DNA of 64,000 nt, from the NCBI GenBank assembly GCA_038321985.1, contig JBBQFN010000003.1, positions 192,001 to 256,000 of the forward strand, in the 5' to 3' direction. Made by a program: the position numbers and the translations under genes. The notes beneath the pieces were generated by a model that did not search any database, was not told where the DNA came from, and saw nothing but the letters and a program-made list of their open reading frames with translations. How positions within the stretch are numbered: the stretch's first letter is position 1; every line of letters starts with the position of its first letter. Positions 20,253 through 30,629 of this stretch are shown piece after piece. The DNA is from Cyanophyceae cyanobacterium (GTDB lineage: Bacteria > Cyanobacteriota > Cyanobacteriia > Cyanobacteriales > Laspinemataceae).

Positions 20253-21548
20253 TTAAATGTTTAAGCGTTGGTAAATCGTATCCAGATGTCTGAGTTGATA
20301 TTTCGGGTCGAAACAGTCCTCGATTTCCTGCGGTGAAAGTTTCTCCTTGACGCTGGCATCTTGGACGATCGCCCCGTGAAAGTCCCCATCGACTCGATTC
20401 CAGGCTTGATGAGCACAGGATTGCACGACTTTATAAGCCTCTTCCCGGTTCATGCCTTTCTCAACTAACGCCAGCATGACGCGCTGACTGAAGATGACGC
20501 CGCCGTAAACGTTCATATTCCGCTTCATGTTCTCGGGATAGACTTGGAGATTTTTCACCAATTCTGAAATTTCCCTTAGCATAAAGTGAGTTAAAATGCA
20601 AGAATCTGGCAAAATAACTCGCTCGACGGAACTATGGGAAATATCCCGCTCATGCCATAATGCTACATTTTCTAGGGCAGTGCCAGCATGACCTCGTACG
20701 ATTCTTGCCATCCCGGTTAAGCGTTCAGACCGAATCGGATTACGCTTATGGGGCATGGCAGAGGAGCCTTTTTGCCCTTTGGAGAAGTATTCCTCCACTT
20801 CCAGGACATCGGTGCGCTGGAGGTTGCGAATTTCAACAGAGAAGCGTTCGATAGAAGCGGCTAGCAAGGCTAGATGCTGCAAGAAGTCAGCATGGCGATC
20901 GCGCGATATCACCTGAGTGGAGGCGGTATCGGGTTCGAGTCCGAGTTTCTGACAGGCGATTTCTTCAATTCGCGGTTCAATGTTGGCGTAGGTTCCCACG
21001 GCACCGGAGATTTTACCCACAGCAATTTCTGATCGCACCCGCACTAGGCGATCGCGATGGCGCAACATTTCCGCTAACCATCCGGCCAGTTTAAACCCAA
21101 AGGTTATAGGTTCAGCATGAATGCCATGCGATCGCCCGATCTGCACGGTATCCCGGTGCTGCTGCGCTTGATATCGAATCGCGGCGATCGCCGTTTCCAA
21201 TTCCGACAGCAACAGATCCAGACTCGCGACCATCTGCAATGCTAAAGCAGTGTCTAAAACGTCTGAACTGGTTAATCCCAAATGAATGTAGCGTCCGGCT
21301 TCCCCGACGTACTCGTTCACATTGGTCAGAAAGGCAATCACATCATGGCGAACTTCGGCCTCAATTTCGAGGATGCGCTTGGGGTCAAAATTTGCCTTGG
21401 CTTTAATCTGTTCCACTGCCGATTCCGGTATATAACCCAGTTCGGCTTGAGCTTCACAAACGGCTAGCTCGACTTCGAGCCAGGTTTTAAATTTATAGGT
21501 CTCAGTCCACAGTTCGCCCATTTCGGGCAAGGTATAGCGCTCGATCAA
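20253..21548 (-). CDS. purB: Adenylosuccinate lyase
   Basis: GSSAMPHKRNP fumarase-family signature, GRSHGIHAEP, WHERDISHSSVER; TTG start. Confidence 0.97.
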   Translation of the reverse strand: MIERYTLPEMGELWTETYKFKTWLEVELAVCEAQAELGYIPESAVEQIKAKANFDPKRILEIEAEVRHDVIAFLTNVNEYVGEAGRYIHLGLTSSDVLDTALALQMVASLDLLLSELETAIAAIRYQAQQHRDTVQIGRSHGIHAEPITFGFKLAGWLAEMLRHRDRLVRVRSEIAVGKISGAVGTYANIEPRIEEIACQKLGLEPDTASTQVISRDRHADFLQHLALLAASIERFSVEIRNLQRTDVLEVEEYFSKGQKGSSAMPHKRNPIRSERLTGMARIVRGHAGTALENVALWHERDISHSSVERVILPDSCILTHFMLREISELVKNLQVYPENMKRNMNVYGGVIFSQRVMLALVEKGMNREEAYKVVQSCAHQAWNRVDGDFHGAIVQDASVKEKLSPQEIEDCFDPKYQLRHLDTIYQRLNI

Positions 21549-21857
21549 CGTCCGGCACAGAATACAACTGTCTCATTTTACCCCCTCTGTCTGCATATTC
21601 TTTGCCCGGTGTTCTCTATCTTTTTTTGCCCGATTTTTTAGCTTATTTTCTTCATAACACTCGTTAAGATTTATGACCTGTTCAAGTCAAACCTTAGCCC
21701 CCTGATCGCCCCAGGGGGTTGGAGGCATGGAGCCAGTTTTATCCCTGGCTGCGATCGGGACACTAACGGACCTAACTCTGCTCTCAGGTTGCCGATCAAG
21801 TGGTTTCAAAGCGGGGTCAGGGACTAATGTTACCCTGCCCTTGACCCCGAATTTGGA

Positions 21858-22073
21858 TTAAAAATGTCCGATTTCCCTTGTTTGGGAAGGGGGATTCTCC
21901 TGGGGAGAGACTACGCGATCGCCTAGCAGAATCATCCGAGCAATATAGAACTCCCGAGACACATTGACGAAGGCCAGCAATATATTAGCGAGGAAGCGGA
22001 ACAGTTTGATTTGCATCAAGCTAGACTCTAGCCGATGGAAGTCAGAACCCACACGCATTGTTACTCGACTCAT
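21858..22073 (-). CDS. Possible small hypothetical protein (71 aa)
   Basis: ATG preceded by AAAGGCT, one hydrophobic stretch, followed by a hairpin at 21812-21849. No recognisable family. Confidence 0.3.
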   Translation of the reverse strand: MSRVTMRVGSDFHRLESSLMQIKLFRFLANILLAFVNVSREFYIARMILLGDRVVSPQENPPSQTREIGHF

Positions 22074-22437
22074 AGCCTTTGGCTCTACTCTATAAAGCCA
22101 CTGAATTCTTATGTCTTTATTTTATCACTAATTTTGGAAAAATTTAATATGATGTTTTATAAAGTGCCTTAATAAATACAGCCCATTTCTTCCGTAGTTT
22201 TACGGGAATTTTACCCCGTTTATTCCCCAAGTTTTCTGGGGCAATGAGGATCGATCACCTAGCCCAGAAAACTTGGGATGAGGACTTCCTAAATCCCCCT
22301 ATTTTCTGATTTTTTACCCACATGAGGAAAGAAGCACCCCAACCAAACGCTCTTTCTGAACCTAAAGAGCATTTAAAACCGCACGGATACAGTCACGGCG
22401 ACCCTAACTCTAAAAATGGGTTAGGCGATCGCTGAGG

Positions 22438-22848
22438 TTAATACGTGAAACTGTTGATTTCTTGTTCTTTATCAAAAATAATGAACAAAACTACCGTATC
22501 CTCTTCAAACCGAGTTGTCATTAATACCACTTTTTGCCCGTCACCCTCAGCGGTTTCAGCCGAAACAATTTCTTGAAAATCCCCCGATTTAGCTACTAAA
22601 TCTTGCCATGTGGTTTCTAACGTTTCGGGGCTAATATTTTCCTGGGCAACCGTATCGTATTTCTGTAAAGCTGTGTCAAACTCTCCCTCAGCGAGTAACG
22701 AGACAAATTCTTCAGCTTCGGAGACGATTGGAGTTGCCTGAGCCAAGGATTCAACCCCCATGAGGGGTTCGGAAACTTGAGCCTGAGTCGGTAAAGCATC
22801 GACGATAGCAACCGTCGCCAGTAATACCAGGGAAAGAAGAGTTTTCAT
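22438..22848 (-). CDS. DUF3887-like exported protein
   Basis: Signal peptide; AEEFVSLLAEGEF...LETTWQDL...GDF...FEE pattern. Confidence 0.7.
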   Translation of the reverse strand: MKTLLSLVLLATVAIVDALPTQAQVSEPLMGVESLAQATPIVSEAEEFVSLLAEGEFDTALQKYDTVAQENISPETLETTWQDLVAKSGDFQEIVSAETAEGDGQKVVLMTTRFEEDTVVLFIIFDKEQEINSFTY

Positions 22849-22885
22849 TTGATTTAGCTCCTGAATAGCCTATAAAAAATGCTAT

Positions 22886-24415
22886 TTACTGCATTCTATC
22901 AATAGTTCTATATTGGATGGCTTCTGCCACATGGGAGATCTTAAGTTCATCATCACCCGCTAGGTCCCCAATGGTGCGGCCCACCTTTAAAATGCGATCG
23001 GTTGCCCTTGCCGAAAGTCCCAGCTTACGGATGGCTCCTTCAAGGAGATTGCGGGTTGCCTCATCCAGGGGACACCATTGCCGCAGTTGAGCCGTTTGCA
23101 TTTCCGCATTGCAGCGAATATTCGGTTCAGCTTTAAATCGATCGCGGGCGCGATCGCGGGCCTCTTGAACTCTTTTTCTGACAGGTTCTGAACTCTCTCC
23201 GGTGGTTTGATGGGTAATTTCTTCCGGTTTTAAGCGATTTACCGCAACTTGTAAATCAATCCGATCCATCAAAGGTCCCGAAAGTTTGGCCCAGTATTGT
23301 TCTCGGTGACGCGGGGAACAGGTACAGGGTTGGATTTGGTCACCAAAGTAGCCACAGGGGCAGGGATTGGTACTGGCAACTAAAGTAAATTGTGCCGGAA
23401 ACTCGACGGTTTGTTTGGTGCGCGAAATGCTGACCCGGCCATCTTCTAAGGGTTGGCGCAGGAACTCTAACACATCCCGTTTAAACTCCGTCAGTTCATC
23501 CAGAAATAAGATACCCCGGTGGGCGAGGGAAATTTCTCCGGGTTTGGGATAGCTGCCACCCCCGACAAGAGAAGGACCCGAGGCGGAGTGATGGGGACTA
23601 CGAAAGGGGCGATCGCCAATCAATGTTCCCCGATTTTTCAGTAACCCCACCACGGAATAAATTTGGGTAACTTCTAAGGCTTCTTCAAAACTAAGCGGCG
23701 GTAAAATACCGGGTAACCGTTTAGCAAGCATGGTTTTCCCACTGCCAGGAGGACCGACAAAGATTAAATTATGCCCTCCTGCTGCTGCAATTTCTAAGGC
23801 GCGGCGTCCATGGGCTTGACCCTTGACATCTTGCAAGTCTAAACCCCCGAAGGGATGGGGTGCAAAGGGTACATTTCCATCGAGTTTGACGGGGGTGTAT
23901 TGACTCGGGTCATTAAGTAAGGCGATCGCATCGCACAGATGCTGACACCCGTAAACCTCTAATCCTTTCACCACTGCCGCTTCCCCAACATTGCCTTCTG
24001 GGACAACTAAGGCAGAAATTCCCATCTCCTTAGCCGCCGCCGCAATGGGAAGAACTCCGGCAACGGGACGTAAGGTGCCATCGAGAGACACTTCCCCCAG
24101 GAAGAGAAAATCCCCCAAGAGTTGGGCGCTGACTTGTTCCGAGGCGGCTAAAATCCCGATGGCGATCGGTAAGTCAAAACAGGGACCCTCCTTGCGTAAA
24201 TCCGCCGGGGTCAAGTTAATGACGATGCGACGCATGGGGAAAGCGTAGCTGGAATTTTTCAGGGCGGCTTTAACTCGTTCCTTGGATTCTTGCACCGCTG
24301 CATCCGGCAACCCAACCACCACGATTCCCGGCATTCCCCCAGAGACATCTACCTCGACTCCGACCTTGACGGCATTAATCCCAACTAACGATGCACTCCA
24401 AACTCTAGCAAGCAC
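22886..24415 (-). CDS. comM: YifB/ComM family Mg-chelatase-like AAA+ ATPase
   Basis: VGLPDAAVQESKERV, GPPGSGKT, PFRSPHHSAS, GEISLAHRGILFLDE, NPCPCG, LMDRIDL. Confidence 0.93.
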   Translation of the reverse strand: MLARVWSASLVGINAVKVGVEVDVSGGMPGIVVVGLPDAAVQESKERVKAALKNSSYAFPMRRIVINLTPADLRKEGPCFDLPIAIGILAASEQVSAQLLGDFLFLGEVSLDGTLRPVAGVLPIAAAAKEMGISALVVPEGNVGEAAVVKGLEVYGCQHLCDAIALLNDPSQYTPVKLDGNVPFAPHPFGGLDLQDVKGQAHGRRALEIAAAGGHNLIFVGPPGSGKTMLAKRLPGILPPLSFEEALEVTQIYSVVGLLKNRGTLIGDRPFRSPHHSASGPSLVGGGSYPKPGEISLAHRGILFLDELTEFKRDVLEFLRQPLEDGRVSISRTKQTVEFPAQFTLVASTNPCPCGYFGDQIQPCTCSPRHREQYWAKLSGPLMDRIDLQVAVNRLKPEEITHQTTGESSEPVRKRVQEARDRARDRFKAEPNIRCNAEMQTAQLRQWCPLDEATRNLLEGAIRKLGLSARATDRILKVGRTIGDLAGDDELKISHVAEAIQYRTIDRMQ

Positions 24416-24629
24416 GGCTGATATCCTGATGACTGCTCAGAGCATTATAAGAAAGGCGGGGTAAAAAAGGAATAGGGGGGGACTACTCAGAGCGATCTGA
24501 TTTAGCGATGGCTTAGAAAGCAAGTTTCTCCCGTAAATCTTGGCTCTTGTTGTCAAGGTTATCCCAGAAACCCCTTTGCTTGCATGAGCGATATTTGATT
24601 GGATGAAGGGACACCAAATAATCGGGTTC

Positions 24630-24694
24630 AGAAACCGAGTTTCTTAAACAAATCTTAGGAAAAATTTCAAAGTTATCCCATAAACCCAGTTTCT
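24630..24694. repeat. Paired AGAAACC-N-GTTTCT palindromic repeat element
   Basis: AGAAACCGAGTTTCT ... AAACCCAGTTTCT; a similar pair at 50501-50668 and a partial copy near 25512. Confidence 0.55.
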
Positions 24695-24775
24695 TTTGCC
24701 GCCAAAAACTTACGATCGCCAGGGTCAAAGCGTCTGAAATATGGAGAGCGATCGTCCCCATTTTAGCTAATAACT

Positions 24776-25222
24776 TCAGTCTGATCGCATTTCCGTCGGA
24801 TGCACTGCCGTCACTTCCGCATACCGGGTAAAATCCCGGGTATTAAAAGTTAGAATGTGCGTCAATCCATGCACCAGCATTGCTGCCACCAACCGCGCAT
24901 CATAGACATTGACACCCTTCACCTCATAAGTCAACACCAACCGTTCCCACTCAGAATAAATGGCTACAGTATCCGGTAAGAGCAAAATAAGCCCTTTTAA
25001 CCGATTCACTTCGGCAGCGGCTTCCCCTGGGGTATGCCCTAACCCATTTTTGTCCGCAGGGCGAGTGTAAACATTCCAAAACTCGATTAAATTTTGAGGA
25101 ATGATACAAAGCTGATGCCCTTGACTGCGTAAACTTGTGGTGGCATTGATGGCATCGGCGTGCATGGAATGGGTAGGGTCCGCACTCCGCAACAGAATAT
25201 TAGTATCAATCAAAAAGGACAT
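24776..25222 (-). CDS. PIN-domain (VapC-like) toxin
   Basis: FLIDTNILLR, QNLIEFWNV, YDARLVAAM, ILTFNTRDF conserved acidic PIN residues. Confidence 0.9.
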   Translation of the reverse strand: MSFLIDTNILLRSADPTHSMHADAINATTSLRSQGHQLCIIPQNLIEFWNVYTRPADKNGLGHTPGEAAAEVNRLKGLILLLPDTVAIYSEWERLVLTYEVKGVNVYDARLVAAMLVHGLTHILTFNTRDFTRYAEVTAVHPTEMRSD

Positions 25223-25482
25223 TAACCCCTTTCTCCATAAATGCTTTCTCGGCTAATGGCTTCATCGGATAAATAGGGCTGATTGCGCGGGTGACTCTCA
25301 GCCCACTCCCGGAACGCTTTGGCCCATTCGGCTGGAGTGGCGGTTTCATAAAAAGGACGCTCTTTCTCGGATTCTGAGGTTTGCTCCTGGTGTGCTTTCA
25401 GCTTCTCCTCCAAGAGCGATCGCTCCTCTGGGGAAAGAGATTGGACGACCTGGGCTAAAGATTCCACTAATTTAATGTTCAT
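25222..25482 (-). CDS. Probable antitoxin (86 aa)
   Basis: ATG 25482 behind AGGAG. Ends LSDEAISRESIYGERG, and its stop overlaps the PIN start (TAATG). Confidence 0.8.
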   Translation of the reverse strand: MNIKLVESLAQVVQSLSPEERSLLEEKLKAHQEQTSESEKERPFYETATPAEWAKAFREWAESHPRNQPYLSDEAISRESIYGERG

Positions 25483-25887
25483 AAATTCTCCTGTAATGCC
25501 GTGGTATGGAGCAGAAACCGAGTTGCCTATCCCATCGCCGTTGATGAAATTATCTGGCCGACTTGATGAAAGTATTCGTGCCTGACTCCTTTGGTGACGG
25601 GATGGAGAGTGATCGCAAAAACAGTGTATTCGTTTTTTCCAATATAGAGGCGATCTCATTCAGCCATTTTTATAAAATCAACTTCCGCAACAAAGGGCCA
25701 CCAGTATAGACAGGATTAACACTATAAAATACAACCGCTTTTGGTGGGTACTGTCCTCCATAAGGCCGTCAAGGGTCACTTCCTGGGAAGAGTACCAATT
25801 TAGAGTTCTATACCCTGTCTCCTGCTCGATGTGACCAGCATCACCTAAAGCCTTGCGTCAAGTCACTGTAATAGTTCTTAATATTGC

Positions 25888-25905
25888 GTTACATTTATTT
25901 ACATA
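25888..25905 (+). promoter_or_regulatory. HLR1 (RpaB-binding) direct repeat upstream of psb34
   Basis: GTTACATT-TA-TTTACATA matches (G/T)TTACA(T/A)(T/A)-N2-(G/T)TTACA(T/A)(T/A) exactly, 20 nt before the ATG. Confidence 0.7.
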
Positions 25906-25925
25906 AGCCAACGAGGGAAAACGAA

Positions 25926-26096
25926 ATGTACACCAGCACTGACGAACGAGGACTTCTCAACAACTTTGCCACCGAACCGAAACTGTATCACGCCGAGTAT
26001 CCGTCTCCTGAACAGCAAAAACTCTACATTGCTTATGGTGCAGCCTCTATGGTACTCGTGGCACTGACAATTTTTACAGCAGTCGCTATCAGCTAA
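25926..26096 (+). CDS. psb34: Photosystem II assembly protein Psb34 (Ssl1498 family)
   Basis: MYTSTDERGLLNNFATEPKLYHAEYPSPEQQ followed by a single C-terminal TM helix. Confidence 0.85.
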   Translation: MYTSTDERGLLNNFATEPKLYHAEYPSPEQQKLYIAYGAASMVLVALTIFTAVAIS

Positions 26097-26576
<480 letters not shown>

Positions 26577-26599
26577 GGCGATCGCCTATCGATGTCGAT

Positions 26600-26629
26600 T
26601 GTAGGGGCAATTCCTGAATTGCTCCTACA
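26600..26629. repeat. GTAG-type REP-like palindrome between convergent genes
   Basis: TGTAGGGGCAATTC-CT-GAATTGCTCCTACA imperfect hairpin. Confidence 0.6.
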
Positions 26630-26647
26630 GAACCGATGAAGCCATTG

Positions 26648-28279
26648 CTATACAATGGTTTTGAGAGTATGGGCCGCCTCATTGAGCTTTTGAATCCCAA
26701 TTTTCGTTTGAGTGAGGCCACTGGCGGTTTGGACTGCGCCTTGATTAAGATTGTTCATCGCCTCAACCACTTCTTGAATAGCGACTGCTTGCTGTTTAGC
26801 CGTTAACGAAATTTGTTGATTGTTAACCACCACTTCATTGACCGCTTCTAGAGAATTTTGTTGATTTTGCAACACCACTTCGTTAATTGCTTGGGCTACT
26901 CCCTCGGAGGACTTTAAGACAATTTGCTCGATCGCCTCGGTTACCTTAATAAAAGCCTCGGCCGTATCTCGTGACAATTCGATGCCAGTTTCGGCAGTTT
27001 TGCGCCCTTCATCCGTCACCATCACGGTCGAATTAATCGCACTTTGAATTGTAAACACAAGCTGATTAATCTTCTCAGCGGATTTTTTGCTTTGGTCGGC
27101 GAGTTTGCGAATTTCCGCTGCTACGACACCGAATCCTTTGCCATGTTCTCCCGCACGCACGGCTTCTACGGCAGCATTAAGAGAGAGCATATTCGTTTGA
27201 TTGGCGAGATCGCTGACCAGATTAGTAATCGAGCTGATTTGATTGGTTTGTTCACTCAATCGCAAAATTTGTTCGGCGATCGCTGCGACTTTTTGTTTTA
27301 AAATTGACATTCCTTCTAAAGTCCGGCCTACGGTTTTGTTTCCCCCTTCAGCTAAAGTTAAAACCTGACGAGATCCTTGGGCTGAAGACTCGGCTAAGAA
27401 TAATACATTTCGAACACCTAGGACGGATGATTCAGCTAATGCTAAGATTTGACGGGCATTTTGTGCCGCTGCCTCTGCTTGTTGTACGGTTTGTTCAGAA
27501 GAGACACCGAGTTGATGCATGGTGTTAGTCGTTTGATTCGCAGACGCGGCTTGAGAACTGGCATTGCGTTCTTGTTGTTCCACTGTGGCGGATATTTCAG
27601 TGGAAGATGTAGCGATGGAATTGACAGTTTCATTAATAGTTTGATTGGTGCGGGCGATCGTTGCCCAAATCAAAGAGGCCGCCCCAGAACTTAGCACTAA
27701 AGACAATAAAGTTGTCATCATTGCTGCGGCTATTAGAAATCTGATAATTTTCTGCGCTTGCGCTGTATATTCCTGTAAGATAATTTGCTCATTAATGCCA
27801 AACTTCTCTCCTAACTCATCTAGTCTTCCCACCAAAACTTTAGATTCTCTTAAATAAAGACTGACGGCTTGTTCATGTTTATTTTCATTTTTTAATTGGA
27901 TGGTATCGAGAGACATTTGATAATATTCCTCTCCCGCTCTAATCATATCTCTAAAAATTTCTTTTTGTCCTGAGTCTTCGATGAGAGTTTCTGCCATTTT
28001 AGCAGCAGTTTCATAGCGCTCCTTTTGTTTGCGAAATTCTAGCAAAGCATCTTCACTCTGTACTAATAAATATCCGCGAACTTGCCTTGCCATCAGCGCC
28101 GTACTCAAAACCATATCATCGGTGTGAAATAAAATTCTTTGCACTCTGTTAACTTCTTCAAATTTTTTAGAAACTTGACTAATTTCGGAATACACTATCC
28201 CGCTAAATCCTACAATTAATAAAACCGGAATAGAAAATCCAAAAAAAATCCGGCCTCTTAATTTTAAATTTTTTAACAT
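26648..28279 (-). CDS. Methyl-accepting chemotaxis protein (CHASE3/4HB-like sensor)
   Basis: Two TMs flanking a periplasmic domain with RGYLL; signalling tip [34 protein letters not shown]. Confidence 0.93.
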   Translation of the reverse strand: MLKNLKLRGRIFFGFSIPVLLIVGFSGIVYSEISQVSKKFEEVNRVQRILFHTDDMVLSTALMARQVRGYLLVQSEDALLEFRKQKERYETAAKMAETLIEDSGQKEIFRDMIRAGEEYYQMSLDTIQLKNENKHEQAVSLYLRESKVLVGRLDELGEKFGINEQIILQEYTAQAQKIIRFLIAAAMMTTLLSLVLSSGAASLIWATIARTNQTINETVNSIATSSTEISATVEQQERNASSQAASANQTTNTMHQLGVSSEQTVQQAEAAAQNARQILALAESSVLGVRNVLFLAESSAQGSRQVLTLAEGGNKTVGRTLEGMSILKQKVAAIAEQILRLSEQTNQISSITNLVSDLANQTNMLSLNAAVEAVRAGEHGKGFGVVAAEIRKLADQSKKSAEKINQLVFTIQSAINSTVMVTDEGRKTAETGIELSRDTAEAFIKVTEAIEQIVLKSSEGVAQAINEVVLQNQQNSLEAVNEVVVNNQQISLTAKQQAVAIQEVVEAMNNLNQGAVQTASGLTQTKIGIQKLNEAAHTLKTIV

Positions 28280-28466
28280 GGTGGCAGTCTCCCCCAGCCA
28301 ATGGCTTCTATCTCTTATTCTAAAAATATTGTAGCTGACTCTTGTGAGTTTATGGGGGAAATCGAATCTTTTTGAAGGAAAGAGGAAGAACCATAAATTT
28401 AAGCCAATAGGTGTACCTACTTAGAAAAAAAAGTTTTAAGGCCAACTATCTTTCCTTAAAAAAAAA

Positions 28467-28497
28467 TTACCTCATCCCGATAGACCGGATGAGGTAA
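28467..28497 (-). terminator. Terminator of the upstream MCP gene
   Basis: 11-bp stem TTACCTCATCC ... GGATGAGGTAA followed on the minus strand by a long T-run. Confidence 0.75.
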
Positions 28498-28514
28498 ACG
28501 ATATAAAATATTAC

Positions 28515-30056
28515 TTAGATCAAGGCATTCAAATTTTGGGCAGTTTCATTTAATTTATGAATGCCGATTTTGGTTTGGTTAATGCCGTTGACCGTTTCTG
28601 TGGCACCTAGGTTGAGGTCGTTCATGGCGGTGACTACCTGGTTAATAGCGACCGCTTGCTGTTTGGTGGTCAGGGAAATTTGCCGAGAATTGAGGACCAC
28701 ATCATTAATGGCATTCCAAGAGGCTTCTTGATTCGTCAAAATTACGTTATTAATGGCTTCGCCAACCTTGGCAAATGCTTCTGCGGTTTCCCGAGAGAGG
28801 GTGATGCTTTCCTCAGCTTTTCTTTTGCCCTCTTCGGTGACGGTGACCGTTGAACCAATGGCGGATTCTATATTGACAACGAGGGTACTAATTTTTTGCG
28901 CTGAGGTTTTACTTTGGTCTGCAAGTTTGCGAATTTCTGTAGCAATGACGCTAAATCCCTTGCCATTTTCTCCGGCACGAACGGCTTCTACGGCTGCATT
29001 GAGAGCCAACATATTGGTTTGTCCAGCCAAGTCACTGACGAGACTGGTAATGTTACTAATTTGGTTGGTTTGTTCACTCAATCGGAGAATTTGGAGGGCA
29101 ATTGCTTCTACTTTGGCGGTTAAAACTAGCATTCCTTCCTGAGTGCGTTCCACAGCTTGAATGCCGCGATCGGCGAGGGTTAAGACTTCTTGAGCGCCCT
29201 GAACTGAAGATTCCGCAAGCTGTAAGACTTGATTGGCATTGTTTTCGGAAAATTGGGCTTGCTCTGCGGTGAGGGTGGAAGAGGAGCCTAATTCCGTCAT
29301 TGTGGCACTGGTTTCGTTAACTGAGGTGGCTTGTTGGGAGAGGGTGCGTTCATGTTGCTCGACAGTGGAGGCTATTTGGCTAGATGCGGAGGCGATCGCA
29401 TTAGTTTCTTGGCGGATAATTCGGGCAATACTAGAGGAAATAATTAGAGCCACAATGACTGCAATGCCGACTAATAATAAGGACCCAAGCGTCATCCAAA
29501 TCACTAGGGCTTGTAAGGTACCCGTTGCTTCCTGATTTTCAGCCAGTAGCAGCCCTTCTTGTTTAGTTTTAAATTCATCGGTGATTTCTTTAAATCGCAT
29601 CACTAATTTAAGACCTTTTTGGGTAGACCAGAGGGTAATTGCTTCTTGTTTTTTACCGCTATCATAAAGATTTCTAATTTCCGTAAAAAAGGTCATATAA
29701 TCTCGAGTTAGCTCAATCATTTCCGTGATAATTTTTTGGTCTTCAGGGGTCATATAGAGTTGGTTTTTTTCATTGACTAAGGTTTCAAATTTGCTGACTG
29801 TGCTATAATATTGGTTGAGATATTCTACATTCCCATTCACGAGATACCCTCGGGCCTCTCTAACCAGCCCTAATGCTGTATTAGTGATGTCATTTAAGGT
29901 GAGAAGTCGAGCTTGAATCAATTGGACATTTTCAAAAGACTGACTGACCTTTTGTGCCGATTTATAAGTGATGAGCATAAATCCACAGATGGCAATGGCG
30001 ATCGGTAAGCCATATCCCAAGACCATTTTATTTCGGAGTTTTAAGTTAGCAAACAT
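28515..30056 (-). CDS. Methyl-accepting chemotaxis protein (CHASE3-like sensor), paralog of the neighbour
   Basis: Two TMs, ARGYLVNG..YLNQY, tip [34 protein letters not shown]. Confidence 0.93.
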   Translation of the reverse strand: MFANLKLRNKMVLGYGLPIAIAICGFMLITYKSAQKVSQSFENVQLIQARLLTLNDITNTALGLVREARGYLVNGNVEYLNQYYSTVSKFETLVNEKNQLYMTPEDQKIITEMIELTRDYMTFFTEIRNLYDSGKKQEAITLWSTQKGLKLVMRFKEITDEFKTKQEGLLLAENQEATGTLQALVIWMTLGSLLLVGIAVIVALIISSSIARIIRQETNAIASASSQIASTVEQHERTLSQQATSVNETSATMTELGSSSTLTAEQAQFSENNANQVLQLAESSVQGAQEVLTLADRGIQAVERTQEGMLVLTAKVEAIALQILRLSEQTNQISNITSLVSDLAGQTNMLALNAAVEAVRAGENGKGFSVIATEIRKLADQSKTSAQKISTLVVNIESAIGSTVTVTEEGKRKAEESITLSRETAEAFAKVGEAINNVILTNQEASWNAINDVVLNSRQISLTTKQQAVAINQVVTAMNDLNLGATETVNGINQTKIGIHKLNETAQNLNALI

Positions 30057-30108
30057 AGTTGTTTTTCCTTTTTTAATCTAAAAATATTGAGGTTAGCTGT
30101 CTGTGAAC

Positions 30109-30115
30109 CTTACCC
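30109..30115 (-). promoter_or_regulatory. Putative SigF-type promoter element GGGTAAG
   Basis: GGGTAAG about 52 nt upstream of the MCP ATG; the same heptamer lies at a similar distance before the pilin gene. Confidence 0.45.
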
Positions 30116-30629
30116 GGGGTTAATTAACAAGAAGTAATAAGCCAGGAGAGGAAGGCTAGTAAGCTATTAGGTTTAACATCATTTCCGGGTTTAAACCCTG
30201 ACAATTACTAAAGTCAGGGGGATGATATATTTTTAATGAGTAATTCCCCCAAAAACCCGGCTAAGCTCAGGGATAAAAATTCAAACAATCACCCTTTTCT
30301 ACTCAATTTAATTCACCTTTCTACTCTTTGATTAATTATTCCCGGAAACTAGGAGAGATACCTAAGTTATTCAGGATAGTTTACAATTCGCATTATTTTT
30401 TAACAATTTTTCCCGTCTAGGTTTTTTATCCCCTAGACCCTCGGTACAAAAGCAGTTACTCCGGATCGGAACCCAAGTTTAGTAACCCGAATGTTGTTAA
30501 TGCTCAATTGCTGAGGCGGACCTCCGGAAGAAGCAACCGGATCTCAACTCGGAGATAGAATCGCTTAGTCCTGTGGTTCGATAGGATATTAGCTAATGCA
30601 TTTTTACTGTCCCTGAAAACTATAGCCCA

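Noticed and set aside
25483..25659. N-terminal extension of the antitoxin ORF
   Set aside because: A strong SD precedes ATG 25482 and the upstream part is not protein-like.
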